The translations under genes and the position numbers were made by a program. From Mobula birostris (taxonomy: Eukaryota), in NCBI RefSeq assembly GCF_030028105.1, contig NC_092394.1, forward strand, positions 16,345,939 through 16,409,938: 64,000 nucleotides of DNA, given 5' to 3'. Positions 13,301 through 27,847 of this stretch are shown here, one piece after another (positions within the stretch are counted from its first letter, which is position 1; every line of letters begins with the position of its first letter). Under the pieces are notes generated by a model that ran no database searches, was not told the DNA's origin, and worked only from the letters and a program-made list of their open reading frames with translations.

Positions 13301-15239
13301 CTGTTGGATTAGAAAAATAAACTGGAATTCTAAGGTTCAAGTTGGCCAACTGGAAATCCAGGTGTAATTCTTACGCATCACTGCACTAGTTTTAAATTAG
13401 CTTTTTTTGGCTTGACTTTCTGTATAAACTAATCACCAAAACAACCTTCCAGTGTAAGTGGGGAGGTAAAGTAATCTTGTAATAAAAATATTCCATATTC
13501 AGGTTTTATAGATGGAGTAACAAAAAGGATTTGAAATCAATACCTTGTCCAGAACCCGTGAGAAGTCTGTGATTTTGAATTGAGCATTGGCTCTTCCAAT
13601 GCTTTCCCCCCCAAAATCAGTTTCTAGTTACATTGATGCACAGGAGTCAGTTTCTCCAGAAAATTTATTGTTTTTAAGCAACATGGAAACAAAACAAAAA
13701 GCAGCATTAAACTTTAAGCGCCTCCAAAGCCCTGCAAACTATCTCAGTGGAAACTCGAGCTAAAGTGTCCAGAGCCAGATCTGAACAATATTTTGCAAGC
13801 TGGGTCAAAATGCATTTGAAATTTACCCCTTGTTTCCTTTTGTTTGGCCAACACAAGCAAATTACAGTACAAAACACATCACCTTGTAGAAAGTCCAGTC
13901 CCTTAAATTACAGATTTTTGAATGTTCATTTTGTAGGCTTTTTAAAAAAAAATCAAAAAGCATATAAATTCATAAATCACTTTTTATTATAAAAATCAGT
14001 GCTATTCATATATTGATAATTATCACAAATGCCACCCGAAATCAGAATATAGATGCACAACACCCAGAATTAAACCCCGACAATTGAATACCTAGCAAGG
14101 ATCATAAAACAAAAAAAATGTAGTTACTGGAAATGCGAAGTAAAAACAGAAAAAGCTGCAAACACCCAGTTTGAAAAGAAACTAAGCTAACGCCTCAGGC
14201 TGAAGGCTTCTCAACCCCAAAACATTGTATTTTTATTTGTTCATTCAAAGGACAAGGGAGGGACTAGGAACGGTAGTAGAACTTGCACTGGAGGGAGCTG
14301 TAAAAGACAGTCACATTCCTGTTCATGAAGTCACAAAGGCAGTAGACTGTGCAAGGATGTTCTTGGGATGTTAGGTTCCTGGTTGCCAGAGATATTTAAT
14401 TGAAGCTTTTATTTACTGTGATGAGGTTGGAACAATTGTCTTAGGATCATGTTTCTGGAATCAATCAAGTAATGCAAATCACAAAGCCACTGTCCTGGGC
14501 AGAATTATTGATCAGTGTCAAGAGCACCAACTTGGAGATTGGTTGGTCGCCCACAAAATTGGAAACATTTACTCTGTAGTAAACTATTCCAGCCGATGAA
14601 AACTACCTGCTTCCGCACAGATGGCACAAGCCATTCCTCGAAATTTTGATTGAAGATGACCCTTATATTTTTGAACCCTTCTATTAGTGTCTTCTAGACT
14701 TTAGTTCATAGAAAGAAAAAAAGTGTTTGCTTCAGCTTCATAATGGCTTGTATATCATTCCTTAGGGACTCGGTGCTTACATTATCCTGCCGTATGCAGA
14801 GCTTCAAGCTGAGAAAATATTGATTGAATAAAGTTATTTTCCACCCAAAAATTATGGCTTTTTTTTTTGCTGCTAAATGTACTTGTGGTAAATTAATCTG
14901 GCTGAGTGGAAGGTTTTGCATGGTGGTGTAACTGTACACCAAGGCACAAAATTAGCAGCCTAGTTTACTACAAGGACTCCTGGGATGACGTGCAGAATGA
15001 AAATGTTGCACCAGGGCTAGTTCAAGAAGAAGGTGTGAGGGGCTTTGTAAAACCACAGAAAAGAAAACTACATGCAACCAAAATAATAAATGTTCCAATC
15101 CTCCAACAGTATCCATTTCCTGTTTTTTTTAAGTTTTCTTGCTCAGTTCCATTAGTCAGCATGGTTTACTTGTTAGCCCTTTCATCTTAAATTTAGCTCC
15201 ACTCAGCTAGAAAAGTTCAACCTGTCAGTTCCAGAATCA

Positions 15240-15946
15240 GTATCAAAAACAAAGGAGCTGGTTGTGGATACAGGAGGAATGGAGACATTCTCAACCCTAT
15301 TGACGTCAAAGGATCTGGGATTGAGAGGGTGAACACAGCTTTAAGTTCCTTGCTATACACATCATCAAGGACCTCGCTTGGTCTGTACATACTGGCTCCG
15401 GTGAAACAAGCACAACAGCCCCTCTTTCAACACACAGTTGAAGTAGTTGGACATGAGTCCTCAGATCCCAAGGATTTTCTACAGGGGCACGATTGAGAGC
15501 ATTCTGACTGGTTGCATCACTGCCTGCTATGGGAACTGTACCCTGGACTCTGCAGAGAGTGGTGCGGACAGCTCAGCACATCTGTGGATGTGAACTTCCC
15601 ACCATTCATGGCATTTATAGTGACAGGTGTGTAAAAAGGGCCCGAAGGATCATTGGGGAGACGAGTCACCCCAACCACAAACTGTTCCAGCTGCTACCAT
15701 CTGGGAAACGGTAGCACAGCATAAAAGCCAGGACCAACAGGCTCCGGGACAGCTTCTTCCACCAGGCCATCAGGGGATCAATTCACACTGATCAATTGTA
15801 TTTCTTAGCTATATTGACTGTTCTGTTGTATATCTTACTGTACATACAATTTATTACAAATTACTATAATTTGCACATTCCAGAGACATAACATAAAGAT
15901 TTTTACTCCTCATGTACATGAATGATGTAAGCAGTAGTCAGTTCAA
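15240..15946 (+). mobile_element. Rex/L2-like LINE 3' fragment
   Basis: RT C-terminal peptides IESILTGCITA and HPNHKLFQLLPSGKR...SFFHQAIR. Same family as 23909-24499. Confidence 0.8.
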
Positions 15947-18619
15947 TGTCACCCCAACCCTCAGTCATCAAGATCCATTATTTCTGCGTAGTGTGAATGG
16001 GTCTTGAACTATTTATTTTAAATGAAATCCCCTACTAACCTGTCTTATGGTGCAACATGACTTCCTGACAATAAAGGCCACAATATTTAGGGAAAATGAA
16101 AACCTCTTTCCATATCTCAGGATTCGCTTCTCAGCAAAGGCAAATGTGATTTTTTTAAGAAATGTACCACCACCACTGCACCAGCAGCTTTTGGCCTTTG
16201 GGAAAGGGGAGCATTTGAAGCTCAAAACCAACACTTTGTTCATGATCCATCTTCAGAGATGGGGACTACATAGACTGAGCAAAAAGCACAGGGTTATGTT
16301 GGGGGGGGGCGCTGTGAAAATATGATCCAAATCTCTGTGTAACAGTGGTACAGGAACCTGAAGACACAGAGACATGCACATGTGCATGCACGTGTTCAGC
16401 AACAACTTCTTCTCCTCTGAATGGACGTTGAATTCATGAACACCACATCACTACTTTTATTTTGCACTGAGTTAATTTAACTATTTAATGTGCAGAGGGA
16501 ACAATGCCCATGTGACCAATTAACCTACCAACCTGCAAGTCTTTGGAAAGTGGGAGGAATCTAGTACACCCAGGGGAAACCTATACAGTCATGGGAAACA
16601 TACCAACTCCTCAGAGACAGTGGTGAGTCACTAGCGCTGTAATAGTGTTACACTTACCAAGATTCAAGTTTATTGTCACATGTACATCAAAACCTGGTGA
16701 AAGGTGTCATCTGCATTCACACCCATTGTGTTAGTAACTATTATACTATTAGCTGTGAAGCACAGAACACCTCATTGGCACACCTGACACCATACTCCCA
16801 AAGCAAGCAACCCACTCAAGTTTTTTTGTGTGACAAAAAGTACTAGAAATGCTTCAAAAGATATTCTCAAGGACTCCTATGGGGAAGTAATACAACGTTT
16901 TCAACTCCACAGAATCCCTGGCCCATGACTGATTAAAAAACAGTGAAGCATACAGAAAGCACAAGAACAGTCTTTACTGACATAATGGAAGCCCAGTGGA
17001 AAGAAAGGTGCACTACATCGTAGCTATCAGGAAGAGTTGGAGTCACTTAGCCCCTGTTAAGACCAGTCATAACGCACCCATTTATTCCAATGTATTCCCA
17101 TCAACTCTCTCCAGATTCTCCCACTCAGCTACATACATATTAGGAGCAATTGAGTGACCAATGGGCTCACGTGTGTTTGGGTCCCAGAAATAAACTGGAC
17201 AAAGCCCACACAACTCCACATAGACAACACTTGAGGTCGGGATTAAGCCCAGGTCGCTGGAGCTGAAGGGCAGCATTCCCATTAGCTGTGACACCTCCTT
17301 GTAGTGGCATCCATCATTAAGGACCCCCATCACCCAAGACATGTCCTCTTGTCATTGCTGGCATCAGTCAGGAGATACAGGACCCTAAAGGCATACACTT
17401 AACATTTCAGGAACAGCTTCTTTCCCTCTGCCATCAGATTCTGAATAGACAATGAACCATGAACACTACCCAGTTCTCCTTCCCCCTCTTTTTGCACTAC
17501 TTAATTAATTTTCTTCTTTTAATATATACTTTTAATTGTAATTTATAGCTTTTAACTATCATGTACTGCTGCTGCTGCAAAACCACAAATTTCATGACAT
17601 ATGCCAGTGACATTAAACCTGATTCTGTTCACAGTATCCATTTGGCCCATCAAGTACTTAACCCATATGTGGCAGAGTCCCAAGAGCATGTGGGATTTTC
17701 AACAGCCTCCTCAGAATAAAAAGTTAGTGAGTCCATCATTCATCACGATGCTTACGGACTGCTAAAGCTGTACAAGATTCAACGAGCCCTGCCACCACAA
17801 ACAGCCATCCAGAGAACTTTGCAGCCTGCATCAATGGGTATAAATCAAGATATATCCATTGTGCTGCAGACTCAAGTTCTAATTCGGCACCCATTTCAGT
17901 AAAAGTGCATGAAAAGTGGTGGAAATTCAATGCCAACATTAAATTGAAACCATCAAATACAAAATTCTGCCTTTGTGAGCCAGTGTTTTTTTTAAATACG
18001 AAGGTGTTGTAATTTAACCTTTTCAAAGGTGTGCTGCAAAAAGTTAAAACTTTAATCCACATCAGACCACAGAATTCTCAAGAACTAAGAATCCAAGAAA
18101 CACATGCACTGAGAAGTGAAGTATTTTGATGATCGTGGTGCCAGGGTAGCATAGCAGTTAGCGCTATGCTATTACAGCTCAGAGCGTTGGAGTTTGGAGT
18201 TCAATCTAAGAAAGTTTCTACGTTCTTTCCGTGTGTTTCTTCCACGTGCTCTGGCTTCCTCCCCAACTCCAAAGACACACCAATTAGCAGGTTAATTGGT
18301 CATTGTAACTTGTCCTGTTTTAGGCTTGGGTTAAATAGATGGGTTGCATGCTCTATCCCTAGATAAAATTTAAAAAGTAAATAAATCATATGACATATCA
18401 GACAGTCGCTCTCGAGAACCAACTTACCACGATGTTCAGAATACTGATGTTTGCACATAATGTCATTCACTTTATCCTCTTCCACTCTCCACCTGCATGC
18501 TCTGCACACAATCAAACCAGCACTGCATCAGATCTCCTCAACATATGGTATGTTCACTTGAATAGGTGCAGAGATTCCCTTCCTTGGAAGGGGCTCCTTT
18601 CATTTCCCCTCCAACATTG

Positions 18620-18960
18620 ACCATAAGACAGAGAATTAGGCCATTCAGCCCATTGAGTCTTCTCTGCCATTCCATCATGGCTGATTTATTACCCCTCTCA
18701 CCTGCCTTCTCCTCATAACCTTTAAGGCCCCTGCTAATCAAGAACCTTTTAAACCTCCACTTTAAATATACCCAATGACTTGGCCTCCACAGCAGTCGGT
18801 GGTAGAGAATTCCAGATTCACTGCCCCCAGGCTAAATAAATTCCTCCACATCTCTGTCCTAAAGGAACTTCCTTCTACTCTCAGGCTGTGTCCTCTGGTC
18901 GGACTCTCCATTATAGGAAACATCATCTCTGCATCCATTCCGTATAGGCCTTTCAATAAG
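18620..18960 (-). mobile_element. CR1 LINE 3' fragment
   Basis: TRGHSLRVEG..FRTEM.RNLFS peptide and CR1 3' UTR. Confidence 0.8.
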
Positions 18961-20594
18961 TCAGCCAACAACTATGGACACGTGGTCTTAAACTCATGGT
19001 CACCCACTCAATGCAATTCCATAGAGAAAACTCAGTGGACAGTGCTGCAGGTTGGTATCAGGTCCTCTTCAGTGTGGATCCCAAGCCGGAATTCAGTAGA
19101 GTATTCATGGAGGAAGGAGAACTATGCCTGGACTGCTATTGAACACGAACACGAACACGAACACACACACACGGATGGCAGTGATAATTATACATTAGTG
19201 CATTAAGGAGGGTTCTAAAGAAGCTGAAAGATACTGATGACATTTATACAACTGTCACAGATCAGGGAAGTGTTTGCCATAGGCACATGTGAAATGATAT
19301 TTCATTCTTCAGAACACACCTCAGACGAAAGCAGTAATTACTTGGGATACTGGTGGCAGAGTTAAACCAGATTTCACCATTCTTGGGGGGAAAAAAACCA
19401 CATTAAACCAAATGAGACATTCCCATCTGGCATGACCTTTATTTTGTAAAAATAATATAATCAGGGTTTCAACACTTAACGATATTTATCTAGCCTATTT
19501 ACTCTGCCGGGACAATATACTGCAACTCCAGACCATCACTCTGCACACAGACTTTGGACCTGATCAGAAAGCTGAAACCTTGAACTGTTTTACTCCAAGT
19601 GCCAATTTTTAATGTGGAAGCTGCTACTGGATTTTTATAATGAGATAAACATTGATGTTTGTGTGACAAAAAGCTAATTTGATCATGTTATAAAAAATGT
19701 ACATCAATGCAGAGATTTCTGAACAGATAATGAAGCAACCCCAAACACTACCTCACTATTTTTGCACTAGTTAAATTTATATACACAGACCTCATTGCAA
19801 TTTATAGCTTTTTAATGTATTGCACTGTACTGCTGCCACAAAACACGTAATCTCACAACATATGCCACTGATATTATACCCAATTTTGATACTGAAGCAC
19901 AAATGAAATTCATCATTTGCATCAGCAACCAGCAGTCCAAAGATGTGCTGGGGCCAGCCTCTGCACGCTCTGTCGGCATGCTTCCAGTGCCAACATGGCA
20001 TGCCCAAAATTTACTAATCCTAACCTGTACATCTTTGGAGAAAGGAACACCTGGAGGAAAACATGCAGTAACAGGGAGAAGATACAAACGCCTTACAGAC
20101 AGCAGCAGAATTGTAGCTGAGTCATTGGCGCTGTAACAGTGCTATGCTAAATGCTTAGCTACAGTGCCACCGGGTTGGGAGTCAAACGGGCATTTCCTTT
20201 TAAGACTAATGATTTTAATCATTTTCAGTTACTAAACATGCATCAAGTAGAGCCAGTCTGCTTCCCAGCTTATCTGAACTATTTCAGGGCAAGTGTCACG
20301 TTTCAAAAACTGCCAGGATTGTGTCTACCCCACTGCCGCCCACTTAAATCACTGCTGGAAAGCCTAGACAGATATCCAGTATGCAACACCACATTTGTCA
20401 AGTCAACTGTGCGTGCAAACTTGAAACACTCACACAGTTGGTTACACTTAATATGCATCTTAACACATGCTCTTCAACCAGGTTAAATTCCCCTTCTCAA
20501 TGCTAGCTTGAGATAACATTAAGCTGCACTCCACTGCTCCTGGAGGTTTAAGCAGAGACCAAATCAATAGTTGCATGCCATCTTGCACATTAAC

Positions 20595-20600
20595 TTTATT
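20595..20600 (-). terminator. Candidate RFLNB polyadenylation signal AATAAA
   Basis: Minus-strand AATAAA at the end of a repeat-poor stretch of about 2.1 kb downstream of the stop codon. Not unique; other signals are possible. Confidence 0.4.
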
Positions 20601-22683
20601 AATGACACATTTGCAAACACATTAAAATAATCCATATTTATTGAGCCAGCTATACACATACGTACACAAGACCTGTACAGTTTTTTTAAAAGAACTGCTC
20701 GGGCTGAGTTGGGATTTTTGTGCAAACATTTGTGTCACATTTTAGTCAAGTGCTTCATTACAGAACCTCCCACCCCTCCCTTTTTGGTCTTTTTAAATGC
20801 CATGCATGAAATCTCTGAACAATTGGGAAGTTGTTTCACTGGAACCCTTCCTGTACATTGAAGTGTTTGAATGCTTTAAAGTGGCCAAATAAATCATCCC
20901 GACCCTTCCCCAGCCCAATCAAAGCAGCTAGCTGTGAAGTATGTTGCTGTTACAAATGGCTGGCGACAAATTCCCTTTTCCCTTCATGGCAATATCATTG
21001 TCTTGAAAAGGAGCTGCAGAATCAAGACATCAACACAGTCTAATCCAGACCAACAACCCTTTGGCTTACTTACTTCGGACCTTCCACTACATCTGACTAA
21101 GTCACTCAGCATTTTAAATAGTATTTTCACCATCTACATTCTGAAAGGTCATCGACCCCAAGTGCCATTGTTTTCCTCCCCACAGACTGAGTGGTCTGCT
21201 GAGTAATCCCAGCAACTGTTTCAGAAGCACCCATCTTTCCTACCCACCTATCAGTATTCTTCCCCTCAGTCCCTCCATCTCACATCTCCTCCACAACACA
21301 GCTTCGCATTAACCACACCCGGTATTGGATTGGTTGTGAACGGAGTCTGGTCAGTAGATCCCAGTTTCCATTGGATTACACCCTCAATACTGGGGTTTCA
21401 GCAACCAATTACACAAAAGAAGCGTTCTTAAAAATTACCGGAGCTACATAGTGTCATAGGAATTTGTTCATTCTCCAATATTTACATATCATTGAGTCAA
21501 AACACTCAGAAGGTGATAAGCCCCAATAGAAGTGCTGGAGGTTGCAACTGGTGACAGGTTGGGGAAAAGAGCACTTATGTACAAATGGGCTAGATGGGTG
21601 AATAAATATAGACAAGATTCCCGCTTTCAAGGAACAGTCAGATAACATTGCGGCAGGCTCTTGCCAAAAAGGCCTCTTACATTTTGTCTCGTTCTCTTCT
21701 CAGAACAGCAAACCCTGTAGTCGGTTAAAAACAACACACGTTTTCCATTTTGGTTAGAAACAGGAGATGGTGCTCTATGCATCAACAAACCCTGGAGATA
21801 TTTCTACAAGGAATGAATAGCAACAAACTGCAAAACAGTAAATTACCTTCCACTGGGCAATGTTAATAACATGTACCATTACACTTGAAACTGCCCCACT
21901 GTCAAACTCCTAATGGAACTCTGCAATCCAGGTTGGAGCAGTAACGTCAGCCACCATTTAGTTACACACTTTCATCACAGACTTATGCGAGGGATCATGT
22001 TAAGATAACCTACTGCTCACATTAAAACCCAATGGTGCAAACTGAGTATTGCAAACCTCAGGTTTATTTTCACCAAACCCTCGAAAGTGGATGGTAATTT
22101 GGCCAAGTTCTTCAAAACACAATTGCTTGCGTAATAAATGCGAGAGGAATTTTAACTGTGCCAAATTACTTTCACAGCAAGCTGTCCAACGTGCGCAGTG
22201 GAATTTTATTGGAGTTGTGCCTTTGGGGGTCCCACCCCCCCCCCACTCCCCGACCCACCCATTTCGGCGACGGGCTGGACGCAGCAGCCAAGTCTGGCAG
22301 CAGAATCCTCCATTCCCCAAAAGGATCTCACATCGAGCATCAAGAGAACCTCCATCCCCACACAGACTGAAGCCTGGGCTTAGTGGCCGACAGCTTCCAA
22401 CGCAACCACCCTCCAGCCCCACCGACAATCTTTAGTCTGAACATACTAAAAGGAATTCTAAAAAAAAAAATCAAATGCATTCTTGCACTATGTTTCCTAG
22501 CTAATACACATAATATGCCTTAACATTTCTAAAGGAAATCCTAAACTTTTGTGATTAAAAATAATTAGGAGACTAAGACACAAAGGGTAAAGAAACACAG
22601 TATTGAACAAGTTCAGAAGCAATTTGACAGTCGAGAGCTGAACTGGATTTCTGGGTGAAAACACGTCAGTGGGGAGCACCATT

Positions 22684-22993
22684 TTAACTGCTGCTGAAGT
22701 CTGTCACTTCGAGTTCCACACTGGACAAAAACCTCCTGGCCGCCTTCCTGCAGTTGTAATCCACAGTGGTGGTGTAGACAGTCTTTGCATACTTGGGGTA
22801 CACGATGACTGCGCTGAGGAACCGCAGCGGTTTGTGCTGAAACTCGAACTTCAGCTCTGTCTTGTAGTTCCGCCACGTGCAGTCGGGAACACAGATGACT
22901 GTCTGGCTGCAGGAGCCAACTCCCAAGGTGTGCTGCAGGAACACATTGTTGACGTAATGCCGGTCTGAGTCATACTTCACGGAGGAGGTGTAC
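22684..22993 (-). CDS. RFLNB: Refilin B last coding exon
   Basis: Acceptor ctgtgcttcag|G (phase 2). YTSSVKYDSDRH...TWRNYK...IVYPKYAKTVYTTTVDYNCRK..RRFLSSVELE matches the refilin C-terminus. Ends in TAA. Confidence 0.95.
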
Positions 22994-23499
22994 CTGAAGC
23001 ACAGAGACAAAGGACGGTTCATTCATTAAAGGCTTTTTTTCCTCCCCTCCCTGGGTTTAGAAGTCAACATGCCCATGACCCACTGCTCTCTCTCACTTTC
23101 ATCCCATCAGCAATGAACAGCAACCCAGACAAACAGCTGCTATGGGAATTTTACTCAATAATGGAAAATAATCTTTATGGCGGATTCCAAGCCAATTATA
23201 TTTAAAAACTAGTATCATGGCTCATCTTATCACAGAAGACAATTTTGCAACCCTCCCATGGGATGGGAGGTTGGGGAACACATTTAGCAAAGCCTATGTT
23301 TATAACTGAATAATTGAAAGGCCCGTCAGTCAAGCCAGTCCAGAAGCATTTGTACAGCACTTCTATAACAACAGCATTGCCCACCGGTTGCACAGTTCCG
23401 GAAGCCAGATACTGCAAATGCCAGAATCCAAATCCCACTACATTCACAACTGTAAACTTTTGTCAAAGCAGACAGGCAATTTGAGCTTTCCCACCAACA

Positions 23500-24793
23500 T
23501 CCACTGGAGATGAAGGAGATGGTGATGGACTTTAGGAAGACCAAGCCAGCACTGCTTCCTGTTACTACTGATGGTGACGATGTGGATGTGGTGAGGACCT
23601 ACAAGTACCTGGATGACAGACTTGAGTGGAGCACCAGTACAGAGGCTGTGTACAAGAAGGGCCAGAGTTGCCTCTATTTCCTGAGGAGAGAGAGGTCCTT
23701 TGGAGTATGCAGACCCTCTCCTTCACATCTTCTACCACTCTGATGTTGTCAGCAGTGTACTGGGACAACGGCATCAACACTGGTGATGCCGACAGGCTCA
23801 ATAGACTGATTAGAAAGGCTTAATCTGTTATAGGAGGCAAAGTGGACACACTGGAGGCTGTGATAGAACAAAGAACCCTTCAGAAAATCCTGGCAATCCC
23901 GGACAATGGAATGGAATGGAATTCTTACATCCTTCACATACATGAGTAAAAATCTTTGTTACATCTCCATCTAAATGAGCCATCATAGTAACTTATAATA
24001 AATAGAACAGTAAGTGTAATATAGAGTACACTCAAATCAGTGCGAGTTCATCAGTCTGATGGCCTGGTGGAAGAAGCTGTCCCGGAGTCTGTTGGTCCTG
24101 GCTTTTATGCTGCGGTACCGTTTCCTGGATGGTAGCAGCTGGAATAGATTGTGGTTGGGGTGACTCGGGTCCCCAATGATCCTTCGGGCCCTTTTTACAC
24201 ACCTGTCCTTGTAAATATCCTGAATCATGGGAAGTTCACAACTACAGATGTGCTGGGCTGTCTGTACCACTCTGCAGAGTCCTGTGATTAAGGGAGGTAC
24301 AGTCCCCATACCAGGCAGTGATGCAGCCAGTCAGGATGCTCTCAATTGTGCCCCTGTAAAGAGTTCTTAGGATCTGGGGGCCCACACCAAACTTCCTCAA
24401 CCACCTGAGGTCAAAAAGGTGTTGTTGTGCCTTTCTCCACCACACAGCCGGTGTGTACAGACCACACGAGGTCCTCGGTGATGTGGATGCCGAGGAACTC
24501 TCACCCTCCGCATGCCACCTTGGCTGAACAGAGGAGAACTTTTAGTAATAGACTAAGACAGCTGTGCTGTTCCAAAAAGTGCCATATGAGGTCATTCTTA
24601 CCTTTGGCCATTAGGCTCTATAATGAGTCAACCTATAGCTGGGGAAGTGACCAGTACCCCCTATTACACTGTTTAAAATGACGTTTTTTTTTTAATTCTT
24701 TCTTACTTCTCTTCTAATAGGTGTACATCTGTGCACTTGTAATGCTACTGTGACCCCAATTTCCTTTGGGATCAATATAGTATCTATCTATAT
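23500..24793 (+). mobile_element. Rex1/Babar-like LINE fragment split by a younger minus-strand LINE fragment (23909-24499)
   Basis: KEMVMDFRK...YKYL...KKGQS.LYFLR peptide. Host resumes at about 24500 and ends in (TATC)n. Confidence 0.8.
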
Positions 24794-25194
24794 CTGGTCT
24801 GTGCCTATTACCCTCTGTTCATATGGAAAGCAGAACATCAAACACTTTTTTTTTTAAAATTCAAGATTGTTTAAGATTCAAAATTGTCTAATGCCATTTC
24901 CAGCATGCAAGTGTAAAGGGAAACAAAACTGTTACTCTGGATCTGATGCAGCACAAAAATATAATAAAAAAGCATAGTAAATACAAATACATAAGATACA
25001 TCGATTGTTTGTATGTCCATAAAGTGATCCACGTTACAGGAGTGTCTGTACCCAAGGTGACTGGGAGGAAATGATAAAGTAGTGGTGGTGGGGCATGGTG
25101 GGGTGGGTGGAGGTGTTGAACAGCCTTACTATTTGGGCTTCATCACACCTAGTACTGGTACCCCCTTCCCCAACCGGGCTGCACTCTCAGCTCA

Positions 25195-26132
25195 CTGCTT
25201 TTCACACTGCTGACACACGACCGCACCACTAGATCTAATTTGAACTGATTCATCCAGCTCGCTGATGACACGACCAGGACTGGCCTCGGCAACAAGGAGG
25301 ACGAGACGGCATGCAGAGAGGAGCTCCAGGAGCCGGTACGATGGTGTGACCACAACAGCTGGAGTCTCAATGTGGACGAGACCAAAGAGGTGACTGTGGA
25401 CTTTCAGAAGGCGCAGGTTGACCACTCCTCACTGGCACGTACGCGGCTCCTCCGTGGAGAGTTAGGAGCACCAAGTTTGTGGGCAGACGATCTCACCTGG
25501 TCCTTCAACACCACCTCTTTAGTCAAGAAAGCACCACAGCATTTCCACTTCCTGAGGAGATTGTGGTGTGGTGTCCTCCCCTGCCCCAACTTTAACCTTT
25601 TTTTTAAAAACAGGAGCATCGTCAAGAGCGTCCCACCCAGCTGCGTCACTGGCTGATCTAGGAATTGCGAGGCATCTGACCACAAGTCCCTATAAAGGAT
25701 TTCAAGGTTTACTGAGGGGTTCATCAGGGTCCCTCTTCCATCCAGAGATAATTATCAGGAGCACTGCATAAGCAGGGTCCTTAACATGGGCAAAGATCCA
25801 TCCCATCCAACCAACAATCTCTTTGACCCCCTACCATCAGGCAGGAGGTACCGTAACGTGAGGACAGGAACCATCAGGATGCAAAACAACCTCTTTCCCC
25901 AGGCTGTAAGAGCACTGAACTCCCTTTCACCATGCAGGTCTCATCACATCTGAAGTACCAGTGGCGTTATACTATTTTACTTTTTAAACTTTTATCATAA
26001 ATGCACCTTATTATTTGTGGTAATAGTACTATGTGTGTGAGTTATATGTACTGTGTTATGCACCTTGGTCTGGAAGAACTGTTTCAATTGGTGGTGTACA
26101 TGTATACAGCTGAGTGACAAACTTGAACTTGA
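25195..26132 (+). mobile_element. Rex/L2-like LINE fragment (degenerate RT C-terminus to 3' tail)
   Basis: ADDT motif, KTKE..VDF-like and HFLRRL peptides, (CTTGAA) tail. Confidence 0.75.
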
Positions 26133-26204
26133 AGTAACTGGTTTTGAATCTAGCAGTCCTGACGTCATTGCAAGTACAGTACATAATCACTGAATGGTGC
26201 TGGA

Positions 26205-27030
26205 TGCGCACTGGGAGTAGTGTTCAGTTCTGGTCACCTCATCATAGGAAGGGTGTAAAAGCTTTAGAGGGAGTGCAGAGGAGATTTACCTGGCGCTGCC
26301 TGGATAAGACAGCATGTCTCAATGAGGATAGGTTGAGCAAGCTAGGAGTTTTCTCTTTGGAGCGAAGGAGGATGAGAGGTGAATTGACAGAGATGCACAA
26401 GATAAGAGGCATAGATCAAGTGGATAGACAAACCTTTTCCCCAGGGCAGAAGTAGCTAATACAGGAGGCACAATTTTAAAGCTGTTGGAGGAAAATACAG
26501 TAGGGTTGCTAGAATTAATTTTTATTTTAAAAAAAACAGAATTCAGTGCATTAAACGGCCGGCTGGTGGCACAGTGGCATCGGCACTGGACTCCGGAGCG
26601 AAGGCTCCCGAGTTTGAATCCAAGTCGGGCTGCCACTCCACACACACCGCACCCCCCCCCGTCCCCCCGGGCACACCTTCCATCCATGCCGGGTTGAGCG
26701 TTGAGCTAGCCTCGTAAAAAACAAGGGTCGAGTCAGGAACGTTCATATCATGACCCGGTTAATCCTGACACTACGCACCAGACAAGAACGGCTGACTGTC
26801 TGGTGCGACACGCTAGGAAGGAAGTGCATTAAACATCCTCCCAGGAGTGGTAGTGGGGTTAGATACGCAAGGGGCATTTAGGAAACTTTTAGATAGGCAC
26901 ATGGAAGATAGAAAAAGAGAGTGTTATGTAGGAGGGAAAAGTTAGATTGATCTTAGACTGGGTTAAAAGGACAGCACACATTGTGGGCCAAAGGGTCTGT
27001 AAAGTACTGTAGTATTCAATGTTTTCCATT
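26205..27030 (+). mobile_element. CR1 LINE 3' fragment interrupted by a SINE
   Basis: VQFWSPH..K.V.ALEGVQRRFT and FSLERRRMRG peptides. Confidence 0.8.
26557..26822 (+). mobile_element. Young tRNA-headed SINE with RTE-like tail and 12-bp TSD
   Basis: A box TGGCACAGTGG and B-box-like GAGTTTGAATCC. TSD AGTGCATTAAAC at 26545-26556 and 26823-26834. CpG-rich. Confidence 0.85.
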
Positions 27031-27847
27031 CCATATTCAGCAACCGCAGATTATTTCTGAAGCATAATGTTGCTCAACAGGCAAAAAAAAGCACATTTTT
27101 CAACAAGAAGGGTTAACAGAAGCAACCCGTTATCTCAAACAAACTACACTTGACTCACACCGCTAAAGGCATTAACTCGGGAAAAACACCCACATAGATG
27201 AGTAACTTAGGAGTCATGCTGGGGCCCAATGGGTGGGTGACAGAGAAAGAGAGAAAAAACAACAACACACAAGATGCAACATGTTATTTCATCAGATAAC
27301 AGCAGCTGAGTGTTTGTGGGACGAGGATGACGCACAAGGTGAGGCTGGGCTGGTTAGGTTTTCATTCACTGCGATGCCAATGAACTGGAACCCAGAAATC
27401 AATAAAATTGAAATCTTGACGTAGTCCAACAATATCAATATCAGGAATGTGGCGACAGAACAGAGAGACCGAAGGAAACAACAGACAAGTGGCGGGTACT
27501 ATCCTTTAACTATCAGGCTCCTGAACCAGAGTGGAAAAATTCACTCACCACAACACTGAACACAAACAAATAAAGCACATTTTTAAAAGTGAGATGTCTG
27601 GGATAATCCACTAACCGGCTCAGAGTCCGGGTTCTTAAATGGGTTTTCAAGAGTTCATTCAGACAGTAGTCAGGTGTTTCTATCCATCTCCCTTCTGGGC
27701 AACAAGCTCTGGACCCTTATCGTTCACCGTTTTTCTCACCTTCCCTTCAGCTGCACATGGGCACCATGGTGGTGTAGAGGTTAGTGCGACACTACACAGC
27801 TTGGGGCATCGGAGTTCAAGAGTTCAATTCCACCATCATCTGTAAGG

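Noticed and set aside
22000-22435. Overlapping 128-142 aa ORFs
   Set aside because: They lie in a GC-rich part of the presumed RFLNB 3' UTR, mostly have non-ATG starts, and show no recognisable homology.
26557-26630. Possible tRNA genes (also about 61856-61925)
   Set aside because: A and B boxes are present, but there is no complete cloverleaf; they continue into SINE bodies bounded by TSDs.
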